A model generated the notes under the pieces. It was given only the letters and a program-made list of their open reading frames with translations, was not told where the DNA came from and made no database searches. From assembly GCF_023055435.1 (NCBI RefSeq), contig NW_025963857.1, positions 28,396,001-28,460,000 of the forward strand: a DNA stretch of 64,000 nt. Reading direction: 5' to 3'. Position 1 is the stretch's first letter. Each line of letters starts with the position of its first letter. Position numbers and translations under genes: made by a program. The stretch is from Haliotis rufescens. Taxonomy: Eukaryota. Positions 40,701 to 55,000 of the stretch are shown one piece after another.

Positions 40701-41440
40701 ATGGCTAATTTGCATACCATCGCCAGCAGCTAAAGAGATGGTGAAAATCCTACTAGGGCACCGTGCAGTTAGCCGGGTTATCGTAAGCCCACCATCGGCC
40801 CTTGTGTGGTGGCCTAACTTCGGCTGCTGCTGATCTATTGCCTATTTTCATAATGTCTATGTCATGTCTATGCCTATGTCATAATGTACCGCGATATATT
40901 TTTTATGGTAACACACTAGTTTTAAACAAATATGTTATATGAATCTAGTTATTTTGCTGTCTTTTGTTGACTGCTTTTTATATTGTCTAACAATATGTTG
41001 TTTTTGTTGTTCTTGATTCGAACACCAGGAATGCCCAGATAATGTTTCAACTCTTGTCAGTTAACACGAAAAGCATGTTTTAAAAAATCATAGAAAATTG
41101 TGGCTGACCCCGACCATTAAAAACAAAGAGTAACTATGTATTTCTACCTTCTGACCGGTGATATATATTGCCACGTTTTAAAACAACAACAGGGCTCTTA
41201 GATCTTTTATGCGATCAATAATCTGTCTCTTAAATGATTACTACGTTCTGTACAATTTTAGTCTTTTTGTTGTCATGTCATTTTATGCATACATACTGTT
41301 TTCACTTTCATATGTACAAAGAATTAGAATGCGTGTAATAAATCATTGTCACGGTCATTGTCATTGATAAACTGAATACTGATAAAATTTGCTTAACCAA
41401 ACTTACTTACAGACTTGCTTTTATAGTTCCCTCAGTGATA

Positions 41441-41530
41441 ACCCCACCCCAACCCAACCCAACCCAACCCAACCCTTTCCCACCCAGCCCTACCCCACCC
41501 CACCCCACACCCCACCATCTCACACCACCC
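41441..41530. repeat. (CCCAA/CCCCA)n pentanucleotide low-complexity tract
   Basis: Direct observation; G-rich on the minus strand. Confidence 0.85.
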
Positions 41531-42125
41531 AAGACCTTCGTGTACATACCAATACTAACTTTCCCTGCAATGCAAACTCGATCACAGTAATACATGAATC
41601 ATCTCGTTTGAACCAACATTTGCTACAGCATGTGTACGCGCCGATGACTATACTGATTTGTCGACACGGCTCGCCCCGTCTTCTAAGATGCATCCATTTG
41701 CCATGCGAGAAACCAGTGATTTGAATCCCGGTTCGCCCCGATTATGTTTCTAAGTTTGTCAGTGCTATAGTAATATTTTTTCAGTTACACATTGAGACAG
41801 GACCTTCACATTATTTGCAAGATCATGTACCCATATTGAGAATCACCCATGCTACCTTGCAATTGTTTTGCGACGCACACATTCCCTACTAACATGTCTA
41901 AACCATTGCCCAGTAAGTACACAGCGCTCAGAGACCTCATAATGCGAATAGACATTTTAATTTCCATTCTAAATGTGTTTAAGATAAATCTAAAGATAGA
42001 CGAAAGAACACATGGATATGTTCAGTTTGATATTTGAAAGTTTTATTCGGAATACAATCAAATGACAAATCAAATCAATCGATTAATATGCAGGAATCAA
42101 TACGGGATCAAGCATGAGATGACAT

Positions 42126-43959
42126 CTACTGACACATCATCTTGTTCATGTATCCAGGCATACAGCGGAGTGAACCACAGCATTTCATGGCTTCGATACC
42201 ATTTATTTTGCATTCTTCATTTCGGAGACGACACTGTCAAATAGAAACATGAATGTGTTATAAACTAATCATATCAATTTGGCATGATTGGCATTATGCT
42301 GACTAAAAGCAATGCATACACATAAGATCAAATATGGACAATGATTTGTGAATGAACATTAACTAATGTAACGAAAACGTTTTAATTCTTCATATTAATC
42401 ACACATTATTTCTTTCTTAAAGAATACTACTTACAGTGTTGTTTGTATTTTATTTTATTTTATTTTATTTCCGATTTCTGTTTACATCGTGTACATACCT
42501 ATATAAACAGTAATGTAACAAAACGATATCTGGTTCATTTTAAAGCAGTATATATCGATACTAGTTGAGTTTTATATCCTCAATATTACATAATGCAGCT
42601 GACCAAGTCATTATTTCATAGTATTTCTCAATATATATTATATATAAAATTCAGACTTGCTGAATATTCACATCCTTAAATTGTGTATGCAATGATGACC
42701 AAAACATTAAGAACTGTGCCTGGTTACAATTTGAAGAAGAGATGGTTTGAGTTGCTTTGTAGTGTAAAAGGCTTTCTCTTTAAATCTGCTTAAAATGTGA
42801 TCCTATTCAATATCTACTTTGTAAGTAATTTGTTTTGTAATCAAAGTTAAGGCATTACGTGGATTGTTGTGTTTTCCTTTAAATCCCAATAAATGTGTTC
42901 CTTTGCACATATTTCCTACCATTATATGTCCAAGCCAACTGGTCATTTCCATTTCCTTCCATATCAGTACAGACTGACATATGTCGTCAAGAGATATAAT
43001 TCAAGTTACAGTCTGGAGGAATGTACCATACTCGTACAATGAAAATTCAGGTAAGACTGGGACATTATACGGATTCCGGTTTTCTCCCAACACCTAAAAG
43101 ACAATACTTGCTTCTTACGGGTTGCGTACAGTTGTAATCGTTAGATTCTTGTTATTCACTTACCCCAGCACCACTGCCGGCGCTTCTCTTGCATATTCTT
43201 GTGTTTCCTATGCCAGACTCACACATCAGGCCATTACAGCATGTTTTACCATTCATCACATTGCAAGTTTGTCCCTCTGTCTGGCACTGTAAAATAGAAT
43301 ACCTCTTATATTATGGCCCCAAACCATATGTCGTGTTAGTGTGAATAAGCCTAAAAAAAGACGTCATATGATAATATGTCATGCCCATCACAACAGCAAA
43401 ATGTATAAACGTAATTTAAACCGAAAGCCAAAAACCCTGTAAACACGATTATGGAAAGCGCTATTAAACGAAACGGTTTATTACTTGTTAATAGAAAGCA
43501 GGGGTCACGGTGGTCCTGCTATGTTGAGAAGCCGCAATTCGCTGTGCAGAATTGAGTCCCTTAGCCATGCCACAAACCTATGATCGTGGAATTCCAGATA
43601 CATCCCGACACTTATGACTCTTTGTTAATCAACACCATACCCGTGCACGTAGGTTCTCAACAAAATGGTATATTTCTTGGGTATGCAATCGTACCTTCGT
43701 CACACATCAAGCAGACAAGCTGTAATATACACCGTAACTACACCGTAACTACATAACTCCAAGCGGCTTCCAACCCATCCTACTCGACATTACTAATGAT
43801 AGTGATGTTTCAGACATTGAATTCTAATAAGAATAAATGGTTAAACTGTTCGTGGATTAAACAGTCAGTATGGAATTATTTAAGACTTACAAAGCCATGC
43901 GAATCTTGAATTAGAGCGGATGCTACGAGGATTAGACCAACGCACACTTTCAGCATCAT
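42126..43959 (-). CDS. B3: secreted double-knottin peptide precursor, type B, 99 aa
   Basis: Exons 43959-43891 MMLKVCVGLILVASALIQDSHGF; 43286-43164; 42233-42126 CRLRNEECKINGIEAMKCCGSLRCMPGYMNKMMCQ*. TATA at 44329-44336. Confidence 0.88.
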
Positions 43960-44771
43960 TGTGATTGAGTAAAACTGAAAAGAAATTCATTGTAGTCATC
44001 TGTGATGCAATGTCACACATTCAAATTATATTGGGTTTAAATTTCAAGCACATAATCTATATATAAACCTTCATAGACATTCTAAGTTTAAATCATACTA
44101 GATTAAGTAGATTTAAGACATGTAGATTAAGTATGTTATAACATTTGTGAAAAACAACATATTACCTCAAGTCTTGGGAAATATATGGGAAATTACTTAA
44201 CCCGTGAAACAATATATGCATTTTTGTGGAGTACTGTAAACTGTTGTGTAAACGGGTTCACAATAAATATAATGTTACCTGTTCAGCCGGACAAACAGGA
44301 ATGAGATGCCTATTTGACTCAGCTGACATATTTATACCACTGAGACTCCACACTTACGCAAAGCAAGATAATGATGATAAATGAGCAGAGCAGGTGTTGC
44401 AATTGTTATCTTGGATCCGATGTCAGTCTGTCAGTCACAACCTCCGGTAGGATCTGATTCCTACCTACACAGATAAATCATCTTCATCACAAATAGCTAT
44501 CTTTACATATGATCATTTAGTCCTGTCATACACTGAACGAGGAAGGCAGCCAAGGCAATTAAATGGAACAGAGCGAATACATAACGATTTGAAAAGACAT
44601 CACAGAATGTACCTGTTGGAAATATTTTCAGATTTTATAAGCGGCCTTATACTAGATTGCAAAATACAATTTGTTTTCTTCCGTTGATATTTAGCTTATA
44701 CAGGGACATTTATGTCCCCAAAGCAGCATGATCTATAGTTCATTTGGCAGTTTTAGGTAGCAAAGTTAAAA

Positions 44772-44937
44772 TGAGTGAGTGAGTATGGTTTTACGCCGCT
44801 TGTAGCAATATTCCAGCAGTATCACGGCGGGGGACAGTAGAAATGGGTTTCACACATTGTACCTATGTCGGGAATCGAACCCGGGTCTTTTGGCGTGACG
44901 AGCGAACGCTTTAACCATGAGGCTAGCCGACCGTCTC
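44772..44937 (-). mobile_element. tRNA-derived SINE, family 3, with perfect 13-bp TSD
   Basis: agcaaagttaaaa at 44759-44771 and 44938-44950. Confidence 0.85.
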
Positions 44938-45239
44938 AGCAAAGTTAAAACATACATGAACGTCAATATCGAAAAGTTTTCTTTAGTCCACTATAAGAAT
45001 ATAGAAGAGTGAGTGAGTGAGTTTAAAACGTGGATTTATAAGGAGGAACAATATCAATGCAAAGTATCTTGCATTTGGTAGTGGAAACTCTTCGATAGCT
45101 GCATTACTTGTGTTAAGGTACGTTTACAAGAAGTTAACACGAAACCGTTTAATTTTAAAGCTCCAAAAGAATACATTTTGAGGATGCTTCAAACAAAAGA
45201 GGATGCATCTTGTGAGAGATTTTATGTGAGATATTAGAT

Positions 45240-46470
45240 TCATGCAAGGAGAACTTACATTTCTCAGCAAGCTTTTCTTATAGATCTTGAAATATATCTG
45301 ACCTTCAACCATAATGACCACAATTATTGTTTTTAAAAGTTGGAATGATACCCATCACAAATCAACCCTGGATGTTAATTCAACATGTCATAAAGAAAAT
45401 TGATGAATTTGCATTTGGACAGGGATTTCATAATAAATGAAAAATATTTTTAGATGATTGATTCATTGTGTGTTATCAGAGTGGAGAAGATTTACAGTGT
45501 TTGATCGATATTTTACAGACGCTCCATCCAAGTTTTACTTTTACTTTAGAGATGAACGATGAAAGTCTTTCTTTTCTTGATGTAATAGTTACAATATCAA
45601 ACAATAAGGTTGACAATCACCCCCACCCCCACCCCCATTCCAAAAAACAGTGTCCCTTACTCATTTCGTAAGTAGAATCTGCGCCATTTTGACTTAGTGA
45701 ACTGAGGTATTTCCTTTCAGAGAGACATTACACTCGAAAAATAGTAGAAGATGTCACAAACAAGGCTAGATCACAAAACCGTTGTGATTGTTCTTAAAGC
45801 GTAAGATATACCAAAAGGGAGTGTTCTCCCTTTTGTTACAATCTTTAATAACCCAAACCCGGAAATATTTTGAAATGATCGAGAGACACTGTTTTCTTTA
45901 AACAAGTGTAAAGAACTAAAACAAATAAATAAACCTATAAAGGTAAAAGACAGAGCCGTCGTCTTGAAAGGATTCTTACTAGGCCTTACTTCTTACGAGG
46001 AAAACAATAATGTAAAACAGTACAAAAGTGTAACAGACCTAATTGTGGTACTTTCCCTCATGTTGTTCAAATTATTTCATTTACATTCAAAGACAGAAAA
46101 ACATTCAGTGAAAATATGAATTGTACTTCCCAAAAATATATTGATCTATGCCATACAATGTGTTGGATGCATCAGATACATCAGACAGACAAGGATACCC
46201 TAAGAATGAGGGTGAGAGTCGATCGACGTCAAATACGGGCATCTGATGAACCTTCAGAGTTTTCAGGATGAGAATACTACCGTGAATTTGGGGACTATTG
46301 ATTCAGTCAACAAGAGGCATAACTTTGTGACTGGTGCCACTTTGTTGGGCAGGATACACTTGCCTTTTCGCCAACACCAGTCCTGGTATCATCACTATTT
46401 GATTGCGTTTCATTTACACATGCTCACGACATAGTAGGAATCGTTTAGTCAACTCATATTTTGACAGATA
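45240..46470 (+). mobile_element. Decayed Penelope-like element, copy 3
   Basis: Colinear with 21900-23160 (FTFTLEMNDESLSFLDVIV). Confidence 0.78.
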
Positions 46471-47381
46471 ATTCGTATGAACATGGAAAGGCTTTTGTCG
46501 ATTTTATTTTTTGAACACAGGTATATTACTATATTGCTTTGAAAAAAATATAATACAGACCATTTGCAAAATAATCGGAAGATGAGAAAAGAATGTACGA
46601 ACATGTATTTGGTGAATATTCAATCAGATTCGACCAAAGAGCAAAGCTAAGTGAAGCGTCAACGACACATGCCATGTGAATCTTGATAACATATCAACAT
46701 CTACAGCTGATCAAAGTAACGTCACATGTTGCCGTCAGATCATTAACTGTTCCAACTGATCTGTGATATGAAATGCAACACATTTTCTGCGTATAACTGT
46801 ATATGCAGTTCAGGAAATGTTTTCTATCAACGGGTATAAATACATGTACTTGTTGGGCACAGTATGTTCTCAATTCGATCTTACAGTTGAACAGGTATGT
46901 ACATCTATGTATAACGAGTGAGTTGAACTTTACGGCGCTTTGTACAGTAAAATAGTTTTATCACGGCGGGTCAGCCTAATGGTGAATAAAAGCTCGCAGG
47001 GATGCAGGCTTTAGACGTTTACAACTTTGATGAAAACCAAAGGCACGGGCATGGTGCAAAAAAACCAAGTCATAATCTGTGATTTGAAGCCACGATAATC
47101 CGATTCTGCACGGCTCAGAGAATCAAACTCTGCACAATTGCGGCGCCTTAGGCGACTGGGACAACCACCCCTGTTCCAATATATATCATTACTGTTCATC
47201 ATGAGGATAATATGTTGTGTATCTTCACATTGTCTTTCAGTAATTGGTGCAATTACTACAAGTACCTCTATGTTCACACCATACTAAAGTTGTACATATG
47301 AAGTACTGAGCATTCTTCAGAAGTATTAGGATTTCAAATGTATCGCCTTCTGTTTGCTTCCAGGTGTACCCTATCATTACA

Positions 47382-48703
47382 ATGATGTTCAAAGTGTGTC
47401 TTGCTTTGCTGTTTGTGGTATCAGTACTGGGTCTAGACCTCTTTGCAGCAGGGTTTGGGGTAAGTGCTGTCATATAACTTAATCTTCATTTATGATACAT
47501 GTATACTATCTCTCCGTGAGGACATATGTGATCAAAAGCTGCTTTTGCAATCAGTTGATTCTTTTAAATTTCCTTCATGTTTTAAAAGACAAAAGGAACC
47601 GAAAGTCATATACCACATCACGTCTTATGCTCCATGGTTCATAAATAAGATAGTCCAATATCGTGATCCAGCAATCCCTTGTTCTGTTATAAATCATATT
47701 CAAATGTTTATTTACAATCATGTCCCCTGAATATTAATGTCATTACTTTTGTCATTTGCCCATGTGATTATTGGCATACATCACAATTCGGCAATGATAC
47801 TTATTCTGCATAAATATGCCCCATGATTTGCTGTATTTGTCGTGAAAGGTAAAAGGAGAAATATTAATAGAATGTTTATCCTAGCACTGTTAATATGTCC
47901 ATAGTTTAACAGAGTTGCTGAATTATAAATAGTAGCAACGAATGTGACATATTGTTGAGTTACACGCTACAAATGCAAAACTTACTTCATCTGTTCATGC
48001 AGTGTCAGAACGAGGGGCAAACATGCAATTGGATGAATGGTAACACCTGCTGCAATGGCTTGACGTGTCAGTCAGGTTTGGGTAACATTCAAATATGCAA
48101 GAGGAACATTGGCGGCGGTATTGGTGGCGGTATTGGCGGCGGTATTGGCGGCGGTATGGGGGTAAGTAAACGTGCCAGACATTGACTTCTGCCATGGGAT
48201 AAGACATTAGAGATTTTGAATGATGACAAGTGGTCTGGACTGAAAGAATATTGGTGGAATATTCAACATGTATTACTCTCTTTACATGTGATTGGATGCA
48301 AATTAGTATATGTATCATTTCCACTAACATAACATACGTCCAACAAAATTTAGCAATTCCACTACATGCTCGATAGCATACATGTACAATGTAGTTACCA
48401 TAGTTCTTTCAAAAGCATCGTTTCATGGGCTTTCCAATGCTTCTTCTATTTTTAAACATGATTATTTTGACTATCAGCTCATGCCTGTCGTATCAAACGA
48501 AATGTGATTTGTGATACTCAGTGCAATGTGCTATTGATGTACGTAGATGATACATTTCATGTAGAGGTGTAAATGAATTCTTCTATATTTTACAGTGTCG
48601 TCTCCGTAACGACGAATGCATGATTAACGGCATAGGTGCCATGAGATGCTGTGCATCCCTCCGCTGTATGCCTGGATACATGAACAGGATGACTTGTCAG
48701 TAG
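47382..48703 (+). CDS. A3: secreted double-knottin peptide precursor, type A, 114 aa
   Basis: Exons 47382-47459 MMFKVCLALLFVVSVLGLDLFAAGFG; 48003-48161 (linker has one extra IGGG); 48596-48703 CRLRNDECMINGIGAMRCCASLRCMPGYMNRMTCQ*. TATA at 46835-46842. Confidence 0.9.
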
Positions 48704-49436
48704 ATGCACACTGATATTTTGACATCCCTGTGCCCCGTGTGCACGGATTGTTTGACAATAAAACTGTTTTCAAACCTTATATCGGTGTTTGTGTTCCCGA
48801 ATGTATAAATGTAGCTACTGTTAAATGAATATATATCCTGCTGAATGGACAACGTCTAAGACCTGCATCAAATCGGGCTTTCCTACCATACCAAGCTGAC
48901 ACGCCGTTATGTAACTGACCTTAAACCAAATCCATTCCCTTAATCACTGCAGGTGAGGAACTCTACTCGTTATTGTATTATAATACTGGCTTTTGTTCAT
49001 AGAACACCGCTGTAAAAGAGGTCAACATATGTTTACATCAAAAGCTTAACGCCCCAACACAATGTGCTCGTTTGACCAGCAGTATTACAATTATTTAAGT
49101 CAGTACTTATTAATAGACATTTAAACCTGGCACATATGTTGGAAACAAAGTAGCTCTCACGTAGCCACGAATAAAATGATTACAAAACGACATAAAAAAG
49201 CAGTCAGACTTGTATCTATTCTGAAAAACGAAAGTGCCCTGTGGTATACTTAGTGTTTAGTTTACATTCTTTATTTTGTTCTATTCTGGTCATCACATTT
49301 CATTCAAGGTTATGAAGTTCATAACAACAGATAATAGTGCAAGCATACACACGACCTTAACTGTTGCCCCATGGCCGCGTCAAACCAAAATACCTTAAGA
49401 GATGGGATGTCTCACCCGCGGCATTAATATCAGGGC

Positions 49437-49561
49437 AACGCTATTTTTTAGGGCATTATCATTTGCAGAAGCCCGTGGTCTTCCATTAACTGCCCGGCGA
49501 AGGAATGCAGTTGAAAAGACCGAGGGCTTTTGCAAATGATAATGCCCTGAAAAATAGCGTT
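49437..49561. repeat. ~125-bp near-perfect palindrome / hairpin
   Basis: aacgctatttttt.agggcattatcatttgcagaagccc..ggtctt...taactgc [loop] gcagttg..aagacc..gggcttttgcaaatgataatgccctg.aaaaatagcgtt. Confidence 0.85.
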
Positions 49562-52049
49562 ACCGTTATTATTGCTAAAATGGATAGCATTTATGTTCAA
49601 AGAATAAAAAAAAACAATATCGGTTTTGAAACAGTTTCTGCAATCAACAAAGAACGAAAGCCACTTTTACAAATATGGAAACGTCATTGAAAAAACCAGA
49701 TGACGTCACTATTGAAATTCAATATGACCTCGCATAACAACGGGAGTGATAATGGCCCGTCGTCAAGCAATATGTGGGCATTATCTAGTTAAAGTGGCCA
49801 GATCATTTCTGATAAAAAGAGGGCGGTTTAATGATAATTCTATCCATTTTAGCTACAATGGACTTTCACCAGGACTGGTCGGCTCGCAGTCAGTATACTA
49901 TCTCTCAGTTGGGTCTCCATGTTAAACACATTAACACACGAGGTTCAAGCCCATTCAACTCACCTCACTTCTCCATAGCTGTTACATGATCATTCCCCGA
50001 ATTGAAACTAACCACGAAATCGGTGCAGACAGAACTTGATTGTGAAATCAGTCAATAACCACACACAATCAATGTAAAATTAACCAATTCCTCGAATAAG
50101 TAAGGTTTAATATCATATAAGGCCATACAATGGGTCAAATATATGTTACAATGCTAAAGAATATGTCGCAGCAATTTTGTCTTGCTTGGATGAGGCACTT
50201 TCGCATGTACAGACTTGAATCCGGGAGTAGGCGCGATGGAAACAGGTAGAAAGATCTTTATGTGGGGCATCACCTCAACACAATCGCACACAGGTGGGAG
50301 TATCACCAAAGGCAAAGCGAGCATTTGACCTTTTATGAGCGCCTCAATAAATTGCTGCCAACAATAACCATCATAAAACGCAGTTGCAATACTAAATACA
50401 AAATACAATTTCTCAGAACAATAAATTCTGGCTTAAATTTTACAAATAGATTCGACATATATATTATACCGAGGCTTCATCAGGGGTATATGATGATGAG
50501 GGACATTTATATTGGCAAAATGGTTGTTGACCAAGAGAAAACAATGGTAAGAGTTCCAATTAAGAACGTACATTGACGTAATACACAGATGATATTTGTT
50601 TATCCCATTCTTCGTGTTTATCTCATTGAGTGACGTGACAAGATTGAAGTTTACATTATTAGCGCAACGAGTGCAAAGTTTGTCAATTTGTCATCAGAAT
50701 ATATCACTGCAAAACGAATTATGTAATTCATGTATTCAACAAAAGTTCTATTATAGTCATCATTTGGCGAATCACCTGTCACATTGAATATATATTTTGT
50801 GTTCTGTAGTTTCTCCTTTGATTCATCTCAAACAATTTTAGAATGGAAATTAAAATGCCCATTTCAATTATGAATTCTCCTAACTCTGTTCACATAATGG
50901 GCAAATGGTTTGACATGTAAGTAGGGAAAATCTTTGCCACAGCACATGGGCACATGGGTGATACTCAGTATGGATACATGTTCATGCAAATGGTGTGAAG
51001 GATCTGTCTCACTGTGTAACTGATGAAATGTTGCTGATACCACTCCCTCAATATGTATATAATTCATTTATGTCTAATCCCAATGGATGACTATTTGACT
51101 TTTGCTGAAAACATTAATCTATTACATATTTTAATACTGATTGATTTTAATGGTGTAATACATCTGGATAGAAGTGTGTATTATAATTAACAACAATCGT
51201 TCAGTGTTTTAATTATAAGACTATACATTAACTTACAAAAGTTAACGTGTGATCATATTACTTCCTAAATGAATTTCTCATGATACAGTTGGAATCCTAC
51301 AAACGACTCTGTTCTGGGCAGATATTTCTTATGAATATGGAAGGGTGTTGTCGCTTATATTTTCATAATTATGATTATTTGGATTTTACAACTTAATCTT
51401 CTCATGAATCATTATGTCAAGGCTGACTAGGGTATCTTGATGCCGTTTTAATCTGTGCTGACATCAAAACAAAAGTGAAGCCTTACATGTTTCGTCCCTT
51501 AGAATGCGTATTGGTGTCTGTGGAATGAAAATAACGACTGACGACTTTCTCCATAACTATAGCCAAAACACTGCTCGGAAGAATGTGAAGTGGATTTTTT
51601 CTCCTTTCTTTCAAACACATTTTCTGTCGAATACAACACAAGTGCTAAAACAGAATTATTTTAGAAAATATAGTTAATTGTGTCCAAAATAACCTTTGTG
51701 TTGGGGCAATAAACTTTTGAAACGTTTTTACAATTCGTTCGTTGAGTTCGTTGAACAAAAGTCAATATTACATTGCAATAACGAGTAATGTATCTCATCT
51801 GCAGAGATTAAGAGAATAAATTTGCTTTAAGGCCAGTTAGATATAATGCCGTCTCAGCTTGATGTGGGAGGAAAGTCAGATCTGATGCAGGTCTTAGACG
51901 TTGTCCATTCAGCAGGATATATATTCATTTAACAGTAGCTACATTTATACATTGAACAACACAAACACATATATAATATTTGAAATCACTTTTATTGTCA
52001 AGCAATCCGTGCACACGGGGCACAGGGATGTCAAAAAATTAGTGTGCAT

Positions 52050-55000
52050 CTACTGACAAGTCATCCTGTTCATGTATCCAGGCATACAGCGGAAGGATGC
52101 ACAACATCTCATGGCACCTATGCCGTTTATCATGCATTCGTCGTTACGGAGACGACACTGTAAAATATAGAAGAATACATTTACACCTCTACATGAAAAA
52201 TATCATCTACGTACATCAATAGCACATTGCTCTGAGTATCACAAATCACATTGCGTGTGATACGACAGGCATGAGCTGATAGTCAAAATAATCATGTTTG
52301 AGAATATGAATTGGAAAGCCCATGAAACGATGATTCTGACAGAACTAAATGGTAACTGCATTGTATATGTATGCTGTCGAGCATGTAATGGCAATGCTCA
52401 TTTCTTTGGACATATGTTATGTAGGTAGAAATGACACATGAATTATACTAATTTGCATCCAATCACAGTTAAAGAGAATAATACATGTAAAATATTCCAC
52501 CAATATTCTTTCTGTCCAGACCACTTGTGATCATGGGTATAGGGAACATGTGTATAGTTACATTTACACGGATATAGTTCAGTTCTACATTTTCTAATTT
52601 AAAATCTTATCCCATGGCAGTAGTCGATGTCTGGCACGTTAACTTACCCCCATACCTCCGCCAATACCGCCACCAATACCGCCGCCAATGTTCCTCTTGC
52701 ATATTTGAATGTTACCCAAACCCGACTGACACGTCAAGCCATTGCAGCAGGTGTTACCATTCATCCAATTGCATGTTTGCCCCTCGTTCTGACACTGCAT
52801 GAACAGATGAAGTAAGTTTGGCATTTGTAGCGTGTAACTCAACAATATGTTACATTTGTTGCTACTATTTATAATTCAGCAACTCTGTTAAACTATGGAC
52901 ATATAAACAGTGCTAGGGTGAACATACCATTAATATTTCTCCTTTTACCTTTCACGACAAATACAGTAAAACATGGAGCAAATTTATGCAGAATTAGTAT
53001 CATTGCCGAATTGTGATGTATTCCAATAATCACATTGGCAAATGACTAAAGTAATGACATTAATATTCAGGGGGACACGATTGTATATAAACATTTGAAT
53101 ATGAATCATAACAGAACAATTATAAACAGCTTTAGGATAACAGCATGAATGTTGAGATGAGCATACATTATAATAATACTTTATTTCTACTTTAACCTTT
53201 CACGAAATATACAGTAAAACATTTAGTAAACGTCGTACTGTTAAGTATTCCAATAATCACATGGTTATCACGTCCATAGTGTGACGTATTATAATAATCA
53301 CATGGGTAATGTAAAATATGCGGGTGTTGTTCTACAAAGTAATCTTTCTTTCAAATTATATATTGAAGAGAGGTGCACAAAAGCAAGGCGTACTAACGTC
53401 ACTCCTCTCTGTTGGTCTAAATAGTAGTGACTTACATCAGAATGCAAGTATTGAGATATGGAAAAGAATGATCTTAACAACAAGTTTTTATGGATGTGAA
53501 TTACTACCTCCTCTGCATGGTAAAGATCTTGAATTAGGTGAAAGCACCCAGCGTTACTTTACAAGGATTGTACAAGGTTTTGACAAACGTTCCCCCACTA
53601 TTGCTAATCTAGGACTTTGGAGCATGGTTTGCTATATAGATAAATGTAGACTTCAGCTGCTGGGGCGTCTCTGCAACAACTCATATGTCTCAATTTGTAA
53701 AGTGTTTTCTGCGCATCAACTTCACTCTATTTCTTTCATAACAATAATTTACACAGTTTATGTGGAGTGTTGCTCTCAATAGCCAAGAAATATAACCTAC
53801 TTCATCATGTATTTCATTACGTTCGCACAGGGGAATTCCCCGCAAAGACTAAGTGGAGAAAAATTGTGTTAAATTAAATAACTACCCTCGAGGAAGAAGT
53901 ATGGAAATATAAACTTTCATGTAGAGCTGACCTATCTCGATATTATAAAATTCACACAACACTTACTCCTCATGTGTTATACAGCACTGTACTGTTATAT
54001 CCAGAATTGAGAGAAGAAATACAGTATTTAATAAAAATTGGATCCAGAAGCAAAATATCAAAAGAATGTACAAAATGTAATTCTTTTGCTCATGATTTTT
54101 ATCACCATGTCATCTTAAACTGTGAATGTCTACTTTCAGAGAGAGATTTATTCTTTTCAACTCCAATTGATAATCTTGATGTTGAAATGTATGTTAAAAT
54201 AGAGATGATGGAAGACCATAGTATGTTAGCATTCTTTCTTGGTGCAGATAACAATGACATTGATGTAATAACGTTGAATTTCACAATTATTGAATTTTCA
54301 AAGTATTTCTATCAAATTAAACATATCCTAAACAACGTCTGGTAACCTTACCAATATTTCTCTCTGTTTTAGCCTGTAAATATGCGGGACATTGATATGT
54401 ATATATGTGTGTATATATATTTGATTATTGTGTTGTTTGATTATTTAATTACATAATCTTGATGTTTTGAGAATCTTCGGATTTCTCATTCATTCATCCA
54501 ATCACATGTAAAGAGAATAATACATGTAAAATATCCACAAATATTCTTTCTGTCCAGACCACTTGTGATCATGGGTATAGGGAACATGTGTATAGTTACA
54601 TTTACACGGATATAGTTCAGTGCTACATTTTCTAATTTAAAATCTTATCCCATGGCAGTAGTCGATGTCTGGCACGTTAACTTACCCCCATACCTCCGCC
54701 AATACCGCCACCAATACCGCCGCCAATGTTCCTCTTGCATATTTGAATGTTACCCAAACCCGACTGACACGTCAAGCCATTGCAGCAGGTGTTACCATTC
54801 ATCCAATTGCATGTTTGCCCCTCGTTCTGACACTGCATGAACAGATGAAGTAAGTTTGGCATTTGTAGCGTGTAACTCAACAATATGTTACATTTGTTGC
54901 TACTATTTATAATTCAGCAACTCTGTTAAACTATGGACATATAAACAGTGCTAGGGTGAACATACTATTAATATTTCTCCTTTTACCTTTCACGACAAAT

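Larger units (their letters stand above)
28930..41430. repeat. Segmental duplication unit 2 (B2-A2 cassette)
   Basis: Colinear with unit 1. Private changes: SINE at 32207, ~2.4-kb insertion at 38291-40702, deletion of the pseudogene at ~38087. Confidence 0.85.
41950..49070. repeat. Segmental duplication unit 3 (B3-A3 cassette)
   Basis: Colinear with units 1 and 2. B2 to B3 offset is 13,041 bp. Confidence 0.85.

Noticed and set aside
41389-41724. Pro-rich 111-aa ORF
   Set aside because: Arises from the (CCCAA)n tract and SINE debris.
44860-44937. tRNA-like sequence (also at ~21550-21629 and ~7010)
   Set aside because: These are SINE heads followed by a SINE body, simple-repeat tail and TSD, with degenerate stems. 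Not tRNA genes.
18575-49070. Tandem cassettes as an assembly artefact
   Set aside because: The three copies differ by many substitutions, indels and private TE insertions, and three copies exceed two haplotypes. Long reads would still be the definitive check.
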